Positions 11,861-25,236 of a DNA stretch of 64,000 bases are shown piece by piece. Origin of the DNA: Mobula hypostoma (taxonomy: Eukaryota). A model generated the notes under the pieces. The model saw only the letters and a list, made by a program, of their open reading frames with translations, did no database searches and was not told where the DNA came from. The position numbers and the translations under genes were made by a program. Each line of letters begins with the position of its first letter. Position 1 is the stretch's first letter. The DNA lies in contig NC_086109.1 in assembly GCF_963921235.1 (NCBI RefSeq), positions 36,892,001 through 36,956,000 on the forward strand, written 5' to 3'.

Positions 11861-13551
11861 GTTTGGCATTATTGGAATTCAAATTTGTTGAAATTCACAA
11901 AGCTTGACGACTGAAATAAAAGGAAAATATGTCTATTCCAGCCCTGTATCTGATGAAGAATAAAATGGAACATTAAACCATGGCAGCTTTGGGTTAGAGT
12001 GAACCAGTGTTGCAGAAAGATATCAAAACATGCAATGAGAAGAAGGCGACTCAAGAAATATTGGATAGTTTGAGATTTTTAGTGAAACAGGGTAGGTCCA
12101 AATTGTGAAGAGTGGAATTAAAGTTAGATCCATGTGGACTGAGTTTAAAAATGGATACATTTACTTAGAAATGTGGATGTGAAAGTGAATTTTCATTAAC
12201 ACCTTATCAAATACCTGAATGGAAACAGAAACCTTTGAGGGTGCACAATGGAAAAGAGACTGAAGGAAACCCAGCCGCGGAGTGGAGGACAATTTCTTCA
12301 TAGTAAACTTCCTTGGTGGCCACGTATTCAACACTCCGTGAAACTGGAAAACTGCAGATGCTGGAAACTGCCATAAATGCATAAACACTTTGGAAATATT
12401 CAGAGCTGTTGTAAGACTCTTGAGCGGAATCTTACATGTTAGAAAATGAACTCTTTACTACCTCTTCAAAGCTTTTGCATCTTATTGTTTACCTACAATG
12501 CACTTTGTTGTAACTGTAACACTATATTCTGCCTTCTGTTATTGCTTTTTCCCTTGTACTACCTCAATGTATTTATGTTTTGAAACAATCTGTATGGATG
12601 GCTTACAGATCTAAGTTTTCACTGTATTTCAGTATATGTGACAATAATCAACTAATTGAGACTCTTTACACTGCGAAGTCTTAGAACTAAATATTGATAC
12701 GTCAATTTTAGCACTTGTTACATTGACAATAATTGATCATTCATCAACCCCTTGCTGAAAATAAGTAATATGGGGCCTCAGACACAGACATTTATTAAAG
12801 TCATAACTAGATTTCATTCTTGATCAATGTCCTTCAAGTTATTCAGATGCAAAAAGAAAACAGTATTCTGATTATTGCCTAATATGGGTGACGTTCATGC
12901 CTTAGGCACTATACCAAGACCATTCATTAATAGTGATTAAGTATAAACAACTCTTTGGTGCAACACAGAGGCAATCAATTATTGCAATTAACTACACTAA
13001 TCCAACATCAGCAGCAGAACAGCATCCTTCAAGCTATATCAACACAATTAAAGTAACATTATTTTGGTATAAAATAAAGATGACTGCCTTGGTGCACTGA
13101 GTTTAAGGATACCATAATCTTGCTTACTAAATTCAGATGTTGCCTGCTTCGTGTGACGCATATTCAGCAGATCTAAATTATATTGTCAGCTACTAAATTA
13201 TTCTCTAGGCAGGGAAAGCTGAGTATTATTCATGTTTGTTGTTGCACGCAGGAAGCTGTAGCCAAAAATGGGTTGCAAACAGAAGATCTTCAGTTGTTCG
13301 ACGGGATAAAGTGAAAATAACAGACTTGCTCACAGTATTTGATGGAATCACAATGCAAAAGGAATGACCACATTTGGATATGTTGTTTCTTAAAAAGAAG
13401 ACAAACCAATTATGAGATACAATTAGAATTATATAAGGCTTGGCTAGTTGGTAGCAAAACAGTTTTTGTACATCATGTACAGAATATGGGATATTCTGTA
13501 CATGATGAATCTGTTTGCTTCAGAGTAGACTGAAGAGTCAATTGACTGAAT

Positions 13552-14217
13552 CAATTTTTTTTTAGATTATGAGGACACTCAGCCCTTGTTTATTGTCATT
13601 TAGAAATACATGCATTAAAAAAATGATAAAATGTTCCTCCAGAAAGATTATCACAGAAACACTGGACAAACCAAGACTAAAACTGACAAAACCACATAAT
13701 TAAAACATATAGTTACAACAGTGCAAAGCAATACCGTAATTTGATAAAGAGCAGACCATGGGCACGGTAAAAAACAGTCTCAAGTCCCAATAGCCCCAAC
13801 ATCTCACGCAGATGGTACAAGGGAGAAACTCTCCCTGCCATGAGCTCCAAGCGCCGCAAACTTGCCGATGCATGGGAAACACCCAACCGCAGCGGACTCT
13901 GAGACCGTCCGAAAACTTCGAGCCTCCGACCAGCCCTCTGACACCGAGCACCATCTCTGCCGAGCGCTTCGACACTGCCCCGGCCACTGAGCAACAAGCA
14001 AAGCCGAGGACTCGGGGCCTTCCCCTCCGGAGATTCTGGACCACACAGTAGCAGCAGCAGCGAAGGAGGCATTTCAGAAGTTTCACAGATGTTCCTCCGT
14101 GCTCTCATGTCTGTCTCCATCAAATCAGGATTGTGCACAGCAACCTACTTGACAGATAACAGATATCATTCACCAGAGTGGCCGCTGCGAGCTGCATCAT
14201 GTCGCCATCTTCTCCTT
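13552..14217 (-). mobile_element. Non-autonomous retroposon with a GGAGAAGATGGCG head and Rex1-like tail; copy 1
   Basis: Its reverse complement aligns with 31663-32198 apart from a ~120-nt extra 5' segment. A possible CTGAAT duplication lies at 13546-13551 and 14218-14223. Confidence 0.8.
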
Positions 14218-14454
14218 CTGAATTTGTTACACTTTTAAATAGTTGTCATTCATTGGTGACTATTGAATCTCTTCAAAGTAATATTTATAATCAGAGTACA
14301 TACACATCACCATGTACAATCCTGAGATTCTTCTTTCTGCAGGCATAGTTGCTCATCTCTTGAAGAGCCCTTCTGACAATATTGATGCCATATGCAAAGA
14401 AGATGCCAGTGAAGCAGGAAACATTAAATTTATACTAGAATTAATTTCTGTTAA

Positions 14455-15066
14455 TCAGATTGTAATCATACTTTATTGCTGCCAAACAATTGGTACTAGA
14501 GCGTACAATCATCACAGCGATATTTGATTCTGCTCTTCATGCTCCCCGGAGTACAAATCGATAGTAAATATTAAAAATGTAAATTATAAATCATAAATAG
14601 AAAATAGAAAAGGGAAAGTAAGGTAGTGCAAAAAAACCGAGAGGCAGGTCCAGATATTTGGAGGGTATGGCCCAGATCCGGGTCAGTATCCGTTCAGCAG
14701 TCTTCAGGCTCCTGAGCCTTCTCCCGGAGGGAAGAGGGACAAAAAGTGTGTTGGCTGGGTGGGTCGTGTCCTTGATTATCCTGGCAGCACTGCTCCAACA
14801 GTGTGTGGTGTAAAGTGAGTCCAAGGATGGAAGATTAGTTTGTGTGATGTGCTGGGCTGCGTTCACGATCTTCTGCAGCTTCTCCGGTCTTGGACAGGAC
14901 AACTTCCATACCAGGTTGTGATGCACTCCAGAAGAATGCTTTCTACAGTGCATCTATAAAAATTAATGAGGGTTTTAGGGGAAAGGCCAAATTTCCCTAG
15001 CTTCCTCAGGAAGTAAAGGCGCTGGTGGGCCTTCTTGGCAGTGGACTCTGCTTGGTTGGACCAAGT
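14455..15066 (-). mobile_element. Rex1/Babar-like LINE 3' end
   Basis: [37 protein letters not shown] and RIIKDTTHPANTLFVPLPSGRR, followed by a 3'UTR. Confidence 0.85.
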
Positions 15067-15338
15067 CAACCTCGACGCTTTGCAATTCGCCTACCGGAAC
15101 AACAGGTCAACTGCAGATGCCATCTCTCTGGCCCTACATTCCTCCTTAGAACACCTGGAGAATAAAGAGGCATATGTAAGGCTCCTTTTCATTGAATACA
15201 GCTCTGCCTTCAATACCATCATTCCAAATAAACTGATTCCTAAGCGCCGGAACCTGGGCCTTAGCACTAAGATCTGCAGCTGGATCTTCAACTTCCTCAC
15301 AGACAGGACCCAGGCTGTAAAAATAGGGGACAAGCTCT
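15067..15338 (+). mobile_element. Inverted upstream RT segment of a Rex1-like LINE
   Basis: [63 protein letters not shown]. Confidence 0.85.
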
Positions 15339-16572
15339 GAATAAATAAACAATAAATATTTTTCCATTGTCATTAGTCCAAAAACAATTGTGACATTTGT
15401 ATGGGTGTTAAATTTTAACTTCTCATCTGTCTTGTGCACATCCTAAATATATTGATATTCCATTATAGTATTAATCATGGTACATTTGAATAGCCTAGCA
15501 CATAGTATACATTCTGTACATAGATTTCATTCCCATTGTACAAAATCTCTTTCCCCTTACCCTGTAACTCCATGAATTAAATAGTCCTCACTTCTAAAAA
15601 AACATGCATGAGTTTTAACACTAGTAAAAATAAATGATAGTCATTGGGCTTATTGAAATTAATTCCAGCAATAATCTCTCCCATCACAGAATATTAGCAT
15701 TATATGAAGTTTCTTTAACTTCAAGAATGAAATAGGTCATTCAGTATTTCCTCATATGATGTCTTTTTTTGCATCTCTATTTTATGAAGCCAGATGATTA
15801 CTTGTTTTTACTACACAACTTGATATTGAACTAACAAACCTTCATTCCTACCGGTTCACTGGCTCATTACCCATATTTGAAGCATCAAATGATCATTACT
15901 GCAAATACCTTGAAATAAGCTGCCAGTCTTTTTTTTTGTAAATCTCCATTAAATCATAGCCTCAGGAACTAGACATGTCAAAAGTTTGCAATCCAATAAT
16001 TTCAATCTCACTCTGTTAATTTTCACAATAGAATCACATTAATTTAAAAAAGTAGGAATGTCAGATCTAGAGTTCCATCATAAGTAATAAATGATCCAAT
16101 TATTAGAATATGGACCATTACCCAGGTAAAGAAACAAATTCAAGGTTATGACAGTAGATTGAAGCTCAGATGAAAAATGATCAGTTAAATCTATATTGGG
16201 ACTGTAAAATACAACCAGATTATCATCCCGGAGCAATTCCATTTTCTCAACTTATAATTGTCACCTTTACTTATGCGTATCCCTCAGGAGATTAAATAAA
16301 TTATGAAGCAGTTGTTACAAATGGTAGATTGTAGATGGTTCATTGAAAGTATAGGATTCAGCTAACCAAACTAACTTTTCTGATTTCCTTTTTTTTCTGA
16401 ATAGCTGTTATGTTCCTAACTACGTACATTAATATTTTTCTTCTGTTTCTTAACAATTTTTGTTACAAATAAATCTTTCTCAAGACATTTTGTTGCCACA
16501 ATTGTAGTCATAGTTGCTGAACAACTTATAACATTTGATGAATTTAGCTAATATAATCAAACTAGACTAGAT

Positions 16573-16672
16573 GATCCTGAAGAAGGATCTTGGCCCGAAA
16601 CATTAACTGTTTACCCTTTTGCATAGATGCTGCCTGACTTGCTGAGTTCCTCCAGCATTTTCTGTGTGTTTG
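16573..16672 (+). mobile_element. Penelope-like terminal fragment with a degenerate hammerhead motif
   Basis: CTGAAGAAGGATCTTGGCCCGAAACATT..AGATGCTGCCTGACTTGCTGAGTTCCTCCAGCA is similar to 52901-52971. Confidence 0.65.
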
Positions 16673-17133
16673 CTTTAAACTTGACTAATGCTGCATTAGT
16701 GACGATAAAATTAAGTCATTTGTTATCTCATTTTCACACCTGCTTAAAATTCTTTGAATCCACCCATAGCAAAGCAAAATCTTTTGGTACCAGATGAAAC
16801 TCTTTAGCACATTCTCAAGTTTGAAGCTTCCCTTGAACACCTCCAAGTTCACTGATATGAAATCAATACCACTCTTCAGTTTCATGTATTTCACATTGAA
16901 GAGGTATCATTTCATTCTCTCAAGTATAACATCCATTATCGGATTCAATTACAAACGCATCAACAGTTAGATGGATAGGGTTTTTTTTCTCACCAATGTG
17001 CAAGGCAAAATATGTTTCATGTCATCAATTATACGCATTCAGTCGAAGCGATTTCAGAGAACTATTTTTCTTCAGTGAATAGCTCCATGAAATTTAAGAC
17101 CAAGTATGAGATTTTTAAATTTCATTGGAACGG

Positions 17134-19845
17134 TACTCGGTGGCTACTTTATTTGGTATAGGAAGAACCTAATAAAGTGACTACGAAGTATATATTAGTG
17201 GGCTTCTGCTGCTGTAGCCCATCCACTTCAGGGTTCAACATGTTGTAAGTTCAGAAATGCTCTGCTGCGCACCACTGATGTAACGTATGTTTATTTGGGT
17301 TACTGGCACCTTCTAGTTAGCTATAAACAGCCTGGCCATTCTCCTCTGACCACTGTCATTTACCATGCATTTTTGACACAGAAATGTTGCTCACTGGATG
17401 TTTTTTTTATTTTCATACCATTCTCTGTAAACTTTAGAGACTGTTTTGTTTGAAAATCCCAGGAGATCATAAATTGGGACCTGGAAGCATAAATTCGGAA
17501 CAAATGTTCTCAGGGAAATATATGGCAGAAATATGGCAAAAGTTTAGGGGACATTTGAGTGGTGTTCTGCACAGGTGTTCCAATGAGATAGGGAAAGAAT
17601 GGTAGGATACAGGAACCATGGTGTACAAAGGCTGTTGAAAATCTAGTCAAGAAGTAAAGAAAAGCTTACGAAAGGTTCAAAAAACTAGGTAATGATAGAG
17701 ATCTAGAAGATTATAAGGCTAGCAGGAAGGAGCTTAAGGATGAAATTAGGAGAGCAAGAAGGAGCCATGAGAAGGCCTTGGCGAGCAGGATTAAGGAAAA
17801 TCTCAAGGCATTCTACAAATATGTGAAGAACAAAAGGATAAGATATGAGAGAATAGGACTAATCAAGTGTGACAGTGGAAAAGTGTGTATGGAAACGGAG
17901 GAGATTGCAGAGGTACTTAATGAATACTTTGCTTCAGTATTCACTACAGAAAAGGATCTTGACAATTGTAGGGATGATTTACAGTGGATGGAAAAGCTTG
18001 AGTATATAGGCATTAAGAAAGAGGATGTGCTGGAGCTTTTGGAAAGCATCAAGTTGGATAAGTCTCCAGGACTGGACGAGATGTAACCCAGTCTACTATA
18101 GGAGGCGAGGAAAGAAATTGCTGAGCCTCTGGCAATGATCTTTGCATCATCACTGGAGATGGGAGGGGTTCTGGAGTATTGGAAGGTTGCAGAATTTGTT
18201 CCTTTATTCAAGAAAGAGAGTAGAGATAGCTCAAGAAATTATGGACCAGTGAATCTTACCACAGAAGTTGGTAAGTTGATAGAAAGGTCTTGAGAGGCAG
18301 GATTTATGAACATTTGGAGAAGCAAAATATGATTAAGAATAGTTAGCATGGCTTTGTCAAAGGCAGGTCATGCCTTACGAGCCTGATTGAACTTTTTTGA
18401 GGATGTGACTAAACACGTTAATGAAGGTAGAGCAGTAGATGCAGTATATATGGATTTCAGCAAGGCATTTGATAAGGTATCCCATGCAAGGCTTATTGAG
18501 AAAGTAAGGAGGCATGGGATCCATGGGAATCTTGCTTTGTGGATCCAGAATTGGCTTGCCCACAGAAGGTTGTAGACAGGTCATATTCTGCATGGAGGTC
18601 GGTGACCAGAGGTGTGCCACAGGGATCTGTTCTGGGACCCCTTCTCTTTGTGATTTTTATAAATGACCTGGATGAGGAAGTGGAGGGATGGGTTAGTAAA
18701 TTTGCTGATGACACAAAGGTTAGGGGTGTTGTGGATAGTGTGGAGGGCTGTCAGAGGTTACAGCGGGACATTGATAGGATGCAAAACCTAGCTGCGAAGT
18801 GGCAGATGGAGCTCAACCTAGGTAAGTGTGAGGTGATTCATTTTGGTAGGTCAAATATGATGGCAGAGTATAGTATTAATAGTAAGACTCTTGGCAGTAT
18901 GGAGGATCAGAGGGATCTTGGGGTCCGAGTCCATAGGACACTCAAAGCTGCTACGCAGGTTGACTCTGTGGTTAAGAAGGCATACGGTTCTTCGGCCTTC
19001 ATCAACCGTGGGATTGAGTTTAAGAGCTGAGAGGTAATGTTACAGCTATACAGGACCCCAGTCAGACCCCATTTGGAGTACTGTGCTCTGTCCTGACCAC
19101 CTCACTAAAGGAAGGAAGAGGAAACTTTCGAAAGGGTGCAGATGAGATTTCCAAGGATGTTGCCTGGATTGGGGAGCATGCCTTATGAGAATAGCGTGAG
19201 TGAACTCAGCCTTTTCTCCTTGGAACGACAGAGGATGAGAGGTGATCTGATAGAGGTATATAAGATGATGAGAGGCATTGATCATTTGGGTAGTCAGAGA
19301 CTTTTTTCCAGGGCTGAAATGGCTAACACCAGAGGGGACAGTTTTAAGGTGCTTCGAAGTAGGTACAGAGCAGATGTCAGGGGTAAGTTTTTTTATGCAG
19401 AGAGTGGTGAGTGTATGGAATAGGCTGCCAGTGACAGTGGTGGAGGCAGATACAATAGGGTCTTTTAAGAGACTCCTGGATAGGTACATGGAGCTTTGAA
19501 AAATAGAGGGCTATGGGTAACCCCAGGTAATTTCTAAAGTAAATACATGTTTGGCACAGCAGTGTGGTCTGAAGGGCCTGTATTGTGCTGTAGGTTTTCT
19601 ATGTTTCTATGTTTCCATTAGCAGTTTTTAATATACTCAAACCGCCCCATCTGGCACCACAATTATTCCACAGTCAAAGTCATTTACATTTTATTTCTAC
19701 CTCATTTTAATTTTTGGGCTGAACAACAACTGAACATGTTGACAATGTCTGCATGTTTTTATGCATTGAGTTGCGACTACATGATTGGCTGATTAGATAT
19801 TTGCATTAATGAACAGAAGTACCTAATAAAATGGCCACTGAGTGT
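17134..19845 (+). mobile_element. Non-autonomous TIR element (Tc1/mariner-like ends), copy 1, interrupted by CR1
   Basis: The left end ACTCGGTGGCTACTTTATTTGGTA is the inverse of the right end TACCTAATAAAATGGCCACTGAGTGT. The body (17134-17469 plus 19621-19845) aligns with 31190-33421. Confidence 0.7.
17470..19614 (+). mobile_element. Degenerate CR1 LINE ORF2 plus 3' tail
   Basis: DKSPGLD, YMDFSKAFDKV, GVPQGSVLGP and SKFADDTK, with multiple stops. TTCTATGT tail at 19597-19614. Confidence 0.92.
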
Positions 19846-20863
19846 TTAGACCATTGAAAATGTGATTTCAAAGGTTTTCTTCAAATATTGTTGAAACTTA
19901 CTATTAGTAATTACTATCAGGCAAATGAATCAGAATCAGATTTAATACACTAACATGTCATGAATTGAATTGAGTTGACTTTATTTCTGAGAAGTGGCAG
20001 ATGGAGTTCAATCCAGATGAGTCTGAGGTGGTTCATTTTAGTAGTTCAAATATGATGGCAGATAGATTATTGCTGCCCATGCTAAATCTGACACATGTGT
20101 CCATTGCGTGTTTGTGTGTGTGTGTGAAAAAGGGCAAACAAAGGGAAGTAATGTAATTAGACTGGTGAATTCAAATTTCAAAATTGTAAACCTCTGACTG
20201 ATTCAGACACTACATATAAAGACTGTTGAATAATAAAGCATAAACACAGGCTCCCATAAGCGATGGTACTATAATGGTAACCACTACCATGGTAAAGATG
20301 AATGTTACTGCAGACTGTCAGGAGAAAAACTTAATGGGGCAAAACAGCTTCTCATTCTGGATTGTTGTAGCAAAGACAAACTGATGGTACTTTTTTCTTG
20401 CTTGTTGTTATAGCCTAAAATTATTGTGCAAATTCAGTAGAACATTGAAGCTAGGTAAGTCACCCTTGATTTGACATAAACAAGCATTAGTTTCAGTAAA
20501 GGGATCAAACCCAAAATGATAATTTTGTATAGCCCCCACTTACTTTGGAGTCATTTGATATTTTTTCTATGCAGCCGATAAACAGACCATTCATGCTGAG
20601 CTCATTCATGCCAACCAAGATGCCGATGTAAGGTAGTCCTATTTGTCCACATTTGACCTACATTCCTCTAAACATTTCTTCTCCATACATCTGTCTAAAT
20701 ATATTGTAAATATTGTAAAAACCCCTGCTTGGCAGCTCATTCCTAAAAAGTACCACCCTCCATGAGGAAAAGTTGCTGCTCAGCTTCCAATTAAATCTTT
20801 CCCCTCTCACCTTAAATCTATTCTATGCAGTTCTTGATTCCCCAACATTGCAAAAAGGACTGC

Positions 20864-21153
20864 TGTGGCGACCTACTTTCTACTCAGGCGAACCAGCTCA
20901 CAAAATGGCGTGCGCGTCGGCAGAGTGGCCAGCCCCAAAATGGCGCTGGGCCTTCTTCTTCACCAGCAAGGGGAGAAAGCCCGCGCGCAGAAAGAGACTT
21001 TTGTAATGCACCTCTGACATCATTTCCACCCGGGGAGGGTGGGAATGGAACGGTGTAAAAGCCAGTGCCGTAAAGTTTGAATAAACTAGTCTCGAGTGCA
21101 ACTTACAGACTGCATGTCATTATTTCTAGCTCTGTATGTAGCACGTCGCTACA
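20864..21153 (+). repeat. 5' LTR (290 bp)
   Basis: TGTGGCG...CGCTACA termini, AATAAA, two CAAAATGGCG motifs; direct repeat of 24948-25236. Confidence 0.93.
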
Positions 21154-21154
21154 T

Positions 21155-21168
21155 TGGTGACACCGATG
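21155..21168 (+). promoter_or_regulatory. Primer-binding site, tRNA-Trp-like
   Basis: TGGTGACACCGATG versus the tRNA-Trp PBS TGGTGACCCCGACG (2 mismatches), 1 nt after the 5' LTR. Confidence 0.7.
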
Positions 21169-24100
21169 GTCCAAACGGGATTTGGACCAAAGATGATCGA
21201 CTCCTCATTTGTTTATGCAGTTTCGCTAAAACTTCCAACTTTCTGGACGCTACAACCACAAGTGCGGTTTGACCAAGCAGAAGCCCACTTCCAGATTCGG
21301 CAGATATCTTCTGATTCCACGCGTTACGTGGTGAGCTCCCTTGACCAGGAGACAGCCGCCCAGGTTGAAGATTTCATACAGTCACCCCGGAAGAAGGCAA
21401 ATATGCAGCATTCAAAGCGCTGCTCATAGGGACCTTTGGCCTTTCACAGCATGAGCGAGGTGCCCACTTGCTGCACCTGGATGGATTGGGAGACAGGCCG
21501 CCGTCAGCATTAATGAACGAGATGCTGGCCCTGGCTGAAGGACACAAGCCTTACCTCATGTTTGAGCAGGCATTCCTAGAACTGCCCGAGGACATACATC
21601 TGCTGCTGGCCAACGCAGATTTCAGTGACCCCCGGAAGCTGGCGGCCCAGGCAGACGTGCTGTGGAAAGCCAAGAGGGAGAGCGGGGTGTCCGTCGGACA
21701 GTTTACCAAACCACGCGCCCAACAGCAGGCCAGATCAGGTCCAGCAAAAGGAGCGCACACAACCAAGAGGCAGGAGTGTGGAGGTCAATGAACAGTGGTG
21801 TTTCTACCACCAGCCATCGGGCACAGAAGCCCGCCATTGTCGCCCGCCCTGCAAGTTCCCGGAAAACGGCAGGGCCAGCCGTCGGTAATGGCTATGGCGG
21901 CTGGCCACCAGGACAGCCTCTTGTACGTCTGGAACCAACAGTCGGGACGCCACTTCTTGGTCGACACCGGAGCGGAAATCAGCGTCCTACCCCCAATGGG
22001 ATACGACACCCGCAACAGGGAGTCTGGACCCACCCTGAGGGCCACAAACGGGAGCACAATACGGACCTATGGCAGCCGCACAGTGCAGCTGCAGTTCGGC
22101 GCCAGCCATTTCATGTGGGACTTCACACTGGTGGCCGTGGCCCAACCACTCCTGGGGGCAGACTTCTTGCGAGCTCACAGCCTGCTGGTTGACTTGCAAA
22201 GGAAAAGACTGGTCCATGCCAAGACTTTCCAGACGTTCTCCCTGGGTGAAGCCAAGTTGCCGGCCCCACTCCTGGACTCCATCACGCCGTCTGACAATGA
22301 ATTCACCAGAATCCTGGTGGACTTTCCATCGGTTCTGACACCGCAGTTCACGGCAGCCATGCCCAGACACGGAGTACAGCACCACATTCCGACCCAGGGA
22401 CCACCCCTCCATGCCCGCGCACGAAGGCTCCCCCCCTGGACAAGCTCCGCCTGGCGAAGGAGGCGTTCAAGAGGATGGACGAATTGGGGATCGTACGGCA
22501 GTCTGACAGCCCACGGGCCTCCCCCCTGCACATGGTGCCCAAAACAGCCGGGGGCTGGAGACCATGTGGCGACTACCGCAGACTGAACGAGCCTACAACT
22601 CCAGACCGCTACCCCATGCCGCACATACAAGACTTTACAGCAAACCTGCACGGGACAAGTATCTTTTCCAAAGTAGACTTCGTCTGGGGATGCCACCAAA
22701 TCCCAGTACACCCTGAAGACATCCCCAAAGCAGCTCTCATCACCCTGTTCAGCCTGCTCAAATTCCTCTGAATGCCGTTCAGCCTGAAGAATGCCGCACA
22801 GATGTTCCAGTGGCTAATGGATGCGGTGGGACGCGACCTGGACTTTGCGTTCATCTATTTGGACAACATCCTCATAGCCAGCAGTAGTCATCAGGAGCAT
22901 CTGTACCACCTCCGCCAGCTCTAGTCCTGCCTGAATAATTTCGGCCTCACGATCAACCCGGCCAAATGCCAGTTTGGACTCGACACCATCGACTTCCTGG
23001 GCCACAGGATTACCAAAGACGGGGCAACACCTCTGCCCGCCAAGGTAGACGCGATCTGCCACTTCGCCCGGCCCAACACAATCAAAGGCGTGCAGGAGTT
23101 CATTGGTATGGTGAATGTCTACCACTGCTTCCTCCCCTCAGCAGCCCATATCATGCGCCCTTTGTTCACCCTGATGTCAGGTAAAGACAAGGACATTACT
23201 TGGGACGAAGAGGCCGCGGCCACTTTCATTAAAGCCAAGGAAGCCTTGGCAGACGCCGCGATGCTAGTGCACCCCAGAACGGAATTCCAACCGCCCTCAC
23301 AGTGGACGCATCCAACACAGCAGTCAGTGGGGTGCTGGAGCAACTCATCGAGGGGCGCTGCCAACCCCTGGCATTCTTCAGCAGGCACCTACAGCCACCC
23401 AAAATCAAGTACAATGCCTTCGACCGGGAGCTGTTGGTACTATATCTGGCAATCTGGCATTTCAGGTACTTCTTAGAAGGCAGGCCGTTCACCGCGTTCA
23501 CCGACCACAAACCTTTGACCTTCCTGTTCACGAAGGTTTCCGATCCCTGGTTGGCCAGCCAGCAGTGACATCTGTCCTACATCTCCGAGTACACGACGGA
23601 CATCCAGCATGTCTCAGGAAAGGACAACGTTGTGGCGGACACACTCTCCAAACCAGCTATCCAGGCCCTGTCCCAGGGGGTGGACTATGCAGCACTGGCA
23701 GAGGCGCAGCAGGCAGACGACGAGATGCCCAGCTACAGGACCGCAGTCTCGGGTTTGCAGCTGAAAGACTTCCTTGTAGGCCCAGGTGAGAGGACCCTCC
23801 TGTGTGACGTGGCTACCGACCAATCTCGCCCCATCGTCCCGACAGCCTGGCGGCGGCGAGTTTTTAACTCCGTACACGGCTTGGCGCATCCATCTATCAG
23901 GACAACCATCCGGGTGGTCTCCAGCAAGTTCGTGTGGCACGGACTTCGCAAACAGGTCATCAAATGGGCCAAAAATGCATGCAGTGCCAGACAACCAAGG
24001 TACAGCGGCCCACCAAAGCCCTGCCGCAGCAGTTCGAACCCACCCGCCGGAGGTTCGACCACATTCATGTGGAAATCGTGGGGCCCCTGCCAGTGTCGCG

Positions 24101-24947
24101 AGGAGCGCGGTACCTCCTAACTATGGTAGACCGGTTCACAAGGTGGCCAGAGGTGGTCCCGCTCATCGACACCACCGCCGATTCCTGAGCCTGACCGCTG
24201 ATTGCAACCTGGGTAGCACGCTTCGGGATACCGGCCCACATTACCTCCGACAGAGGCGCCCAGTTCACCTCCGGCCTGTGGTCAGCTGTGGCCAGCCTGT
24301 TGGGAACACAGTTACACCACACAACTGCCTACCACTCATAGTCGAACAGACTAGTGGAACACTTCCACCGTCACTTGAAGTCGACACTCATGGCCCGCCT
24401 GAAAGGGCCTAACCGGGTGGACGAGCTTCCCTGGGTCCTGCTTGGAATCCGCACAGCGCCCAAAGAGGATTTGCACACCTCGTCAGCCGAGCTGGTGTAC
24501 GGCGCACCCCTGGTCGTCCCACGAAAGTTCATACCAGCCCCAAGGGGGCAAGAGGAAGAACCCGCAGCAGTCTTGGACAGACTACGCGAAAGGCTCGGAA
24601 ACCTGGCCCCTGTACTGACTTCACAGCACCGACAGATCCCGACCTGCATACCCAAAGAGCTGCAGAACTGTAAGTTTGTATTTGTACGAAGGGGCGCACA
24701 TCGGGCACCGCTACAGCAGCTGTATGAGGGGCCGTTCAAGGTGATCAGGAACAACAGGTCCACGTAAGTTCTGGACATTGGGGGCAAAGAGGAGGTTTTC
24801 ACGGTGGACCGACTCAACCTTGCCCATGTGGACTTGGCGCAGCCGATCGAGGTTCAGGCACCGCGGCGCAGAGGCAGACCGCCCAAACAGAGACTGATCC
24901 AGATTGTGGACATTGGGGGTGTATTGCCGGTTCTGGGGGTGGTGTTA

Positions 24948-25236
24948 TGTGGTGACCCACTTTCTACGCAGGCAAACCGGCTCACAAAATGGCGCACGCA
25001 TCAACAGAGAGGCCAGCCCCAAAATGGCGCTGGGCCTTCTTCTTCACCAGCAAGGGGAGAAAGCCCGCGCGCGGGAAAAGACTTTTGTATGCACCTCTGA
25101 TGTCATTTCCACCCGGAGAGGGCAGGAACGGAACTGCATAAAAGCCAGTGCGGCGAAGTTTGAATAAACTAGTCTCGAGTGCAACTTACTGACTGCGTGT
25201 CATTATTTCTAGCTCTGTGTATAGCACATCGCTACA
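24948..25236 (+). repeat. 3' LTR (289 bp)
   Basis: TGTGGTG...CGCTACA, preceded by the G-rich tract GGGGGTGG. Confidence 0.93.

Larger units (their letters stand above)
20864..25236 (+). mobile_element. Ty3/Gypsy LTR retrotransposon with full architecture (LTR-gag-PR-RT-RH-IN-LTR), inactivated by stops and frameshifts
   Basis: Gag VSLKLPTFW, protease FLVDTGAEIS, RT ASPLHMVPK..CGDYRRLN, RNase H DASNTAV..TDHKPL, integrase with a YEGPF motif. Paired LTRs; flanks CTGC/CTGT form a 4-bp TSD with one mismatch. Confidence 0.95.

Noticed and set aside
13700..14138. 128-141 aa ORFs as host genes
   Set aside because: They lie in a GC-rich repeat whose second copy (31663-32198) does not preserve the frames.
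20864..25236. Endogenous retrovirus (because of the tRNA-Trp PBS)
   Set aside because: There is no env or room for one, and the RT, RNase H and integrase motifs are Ty3/Gypsy-type.
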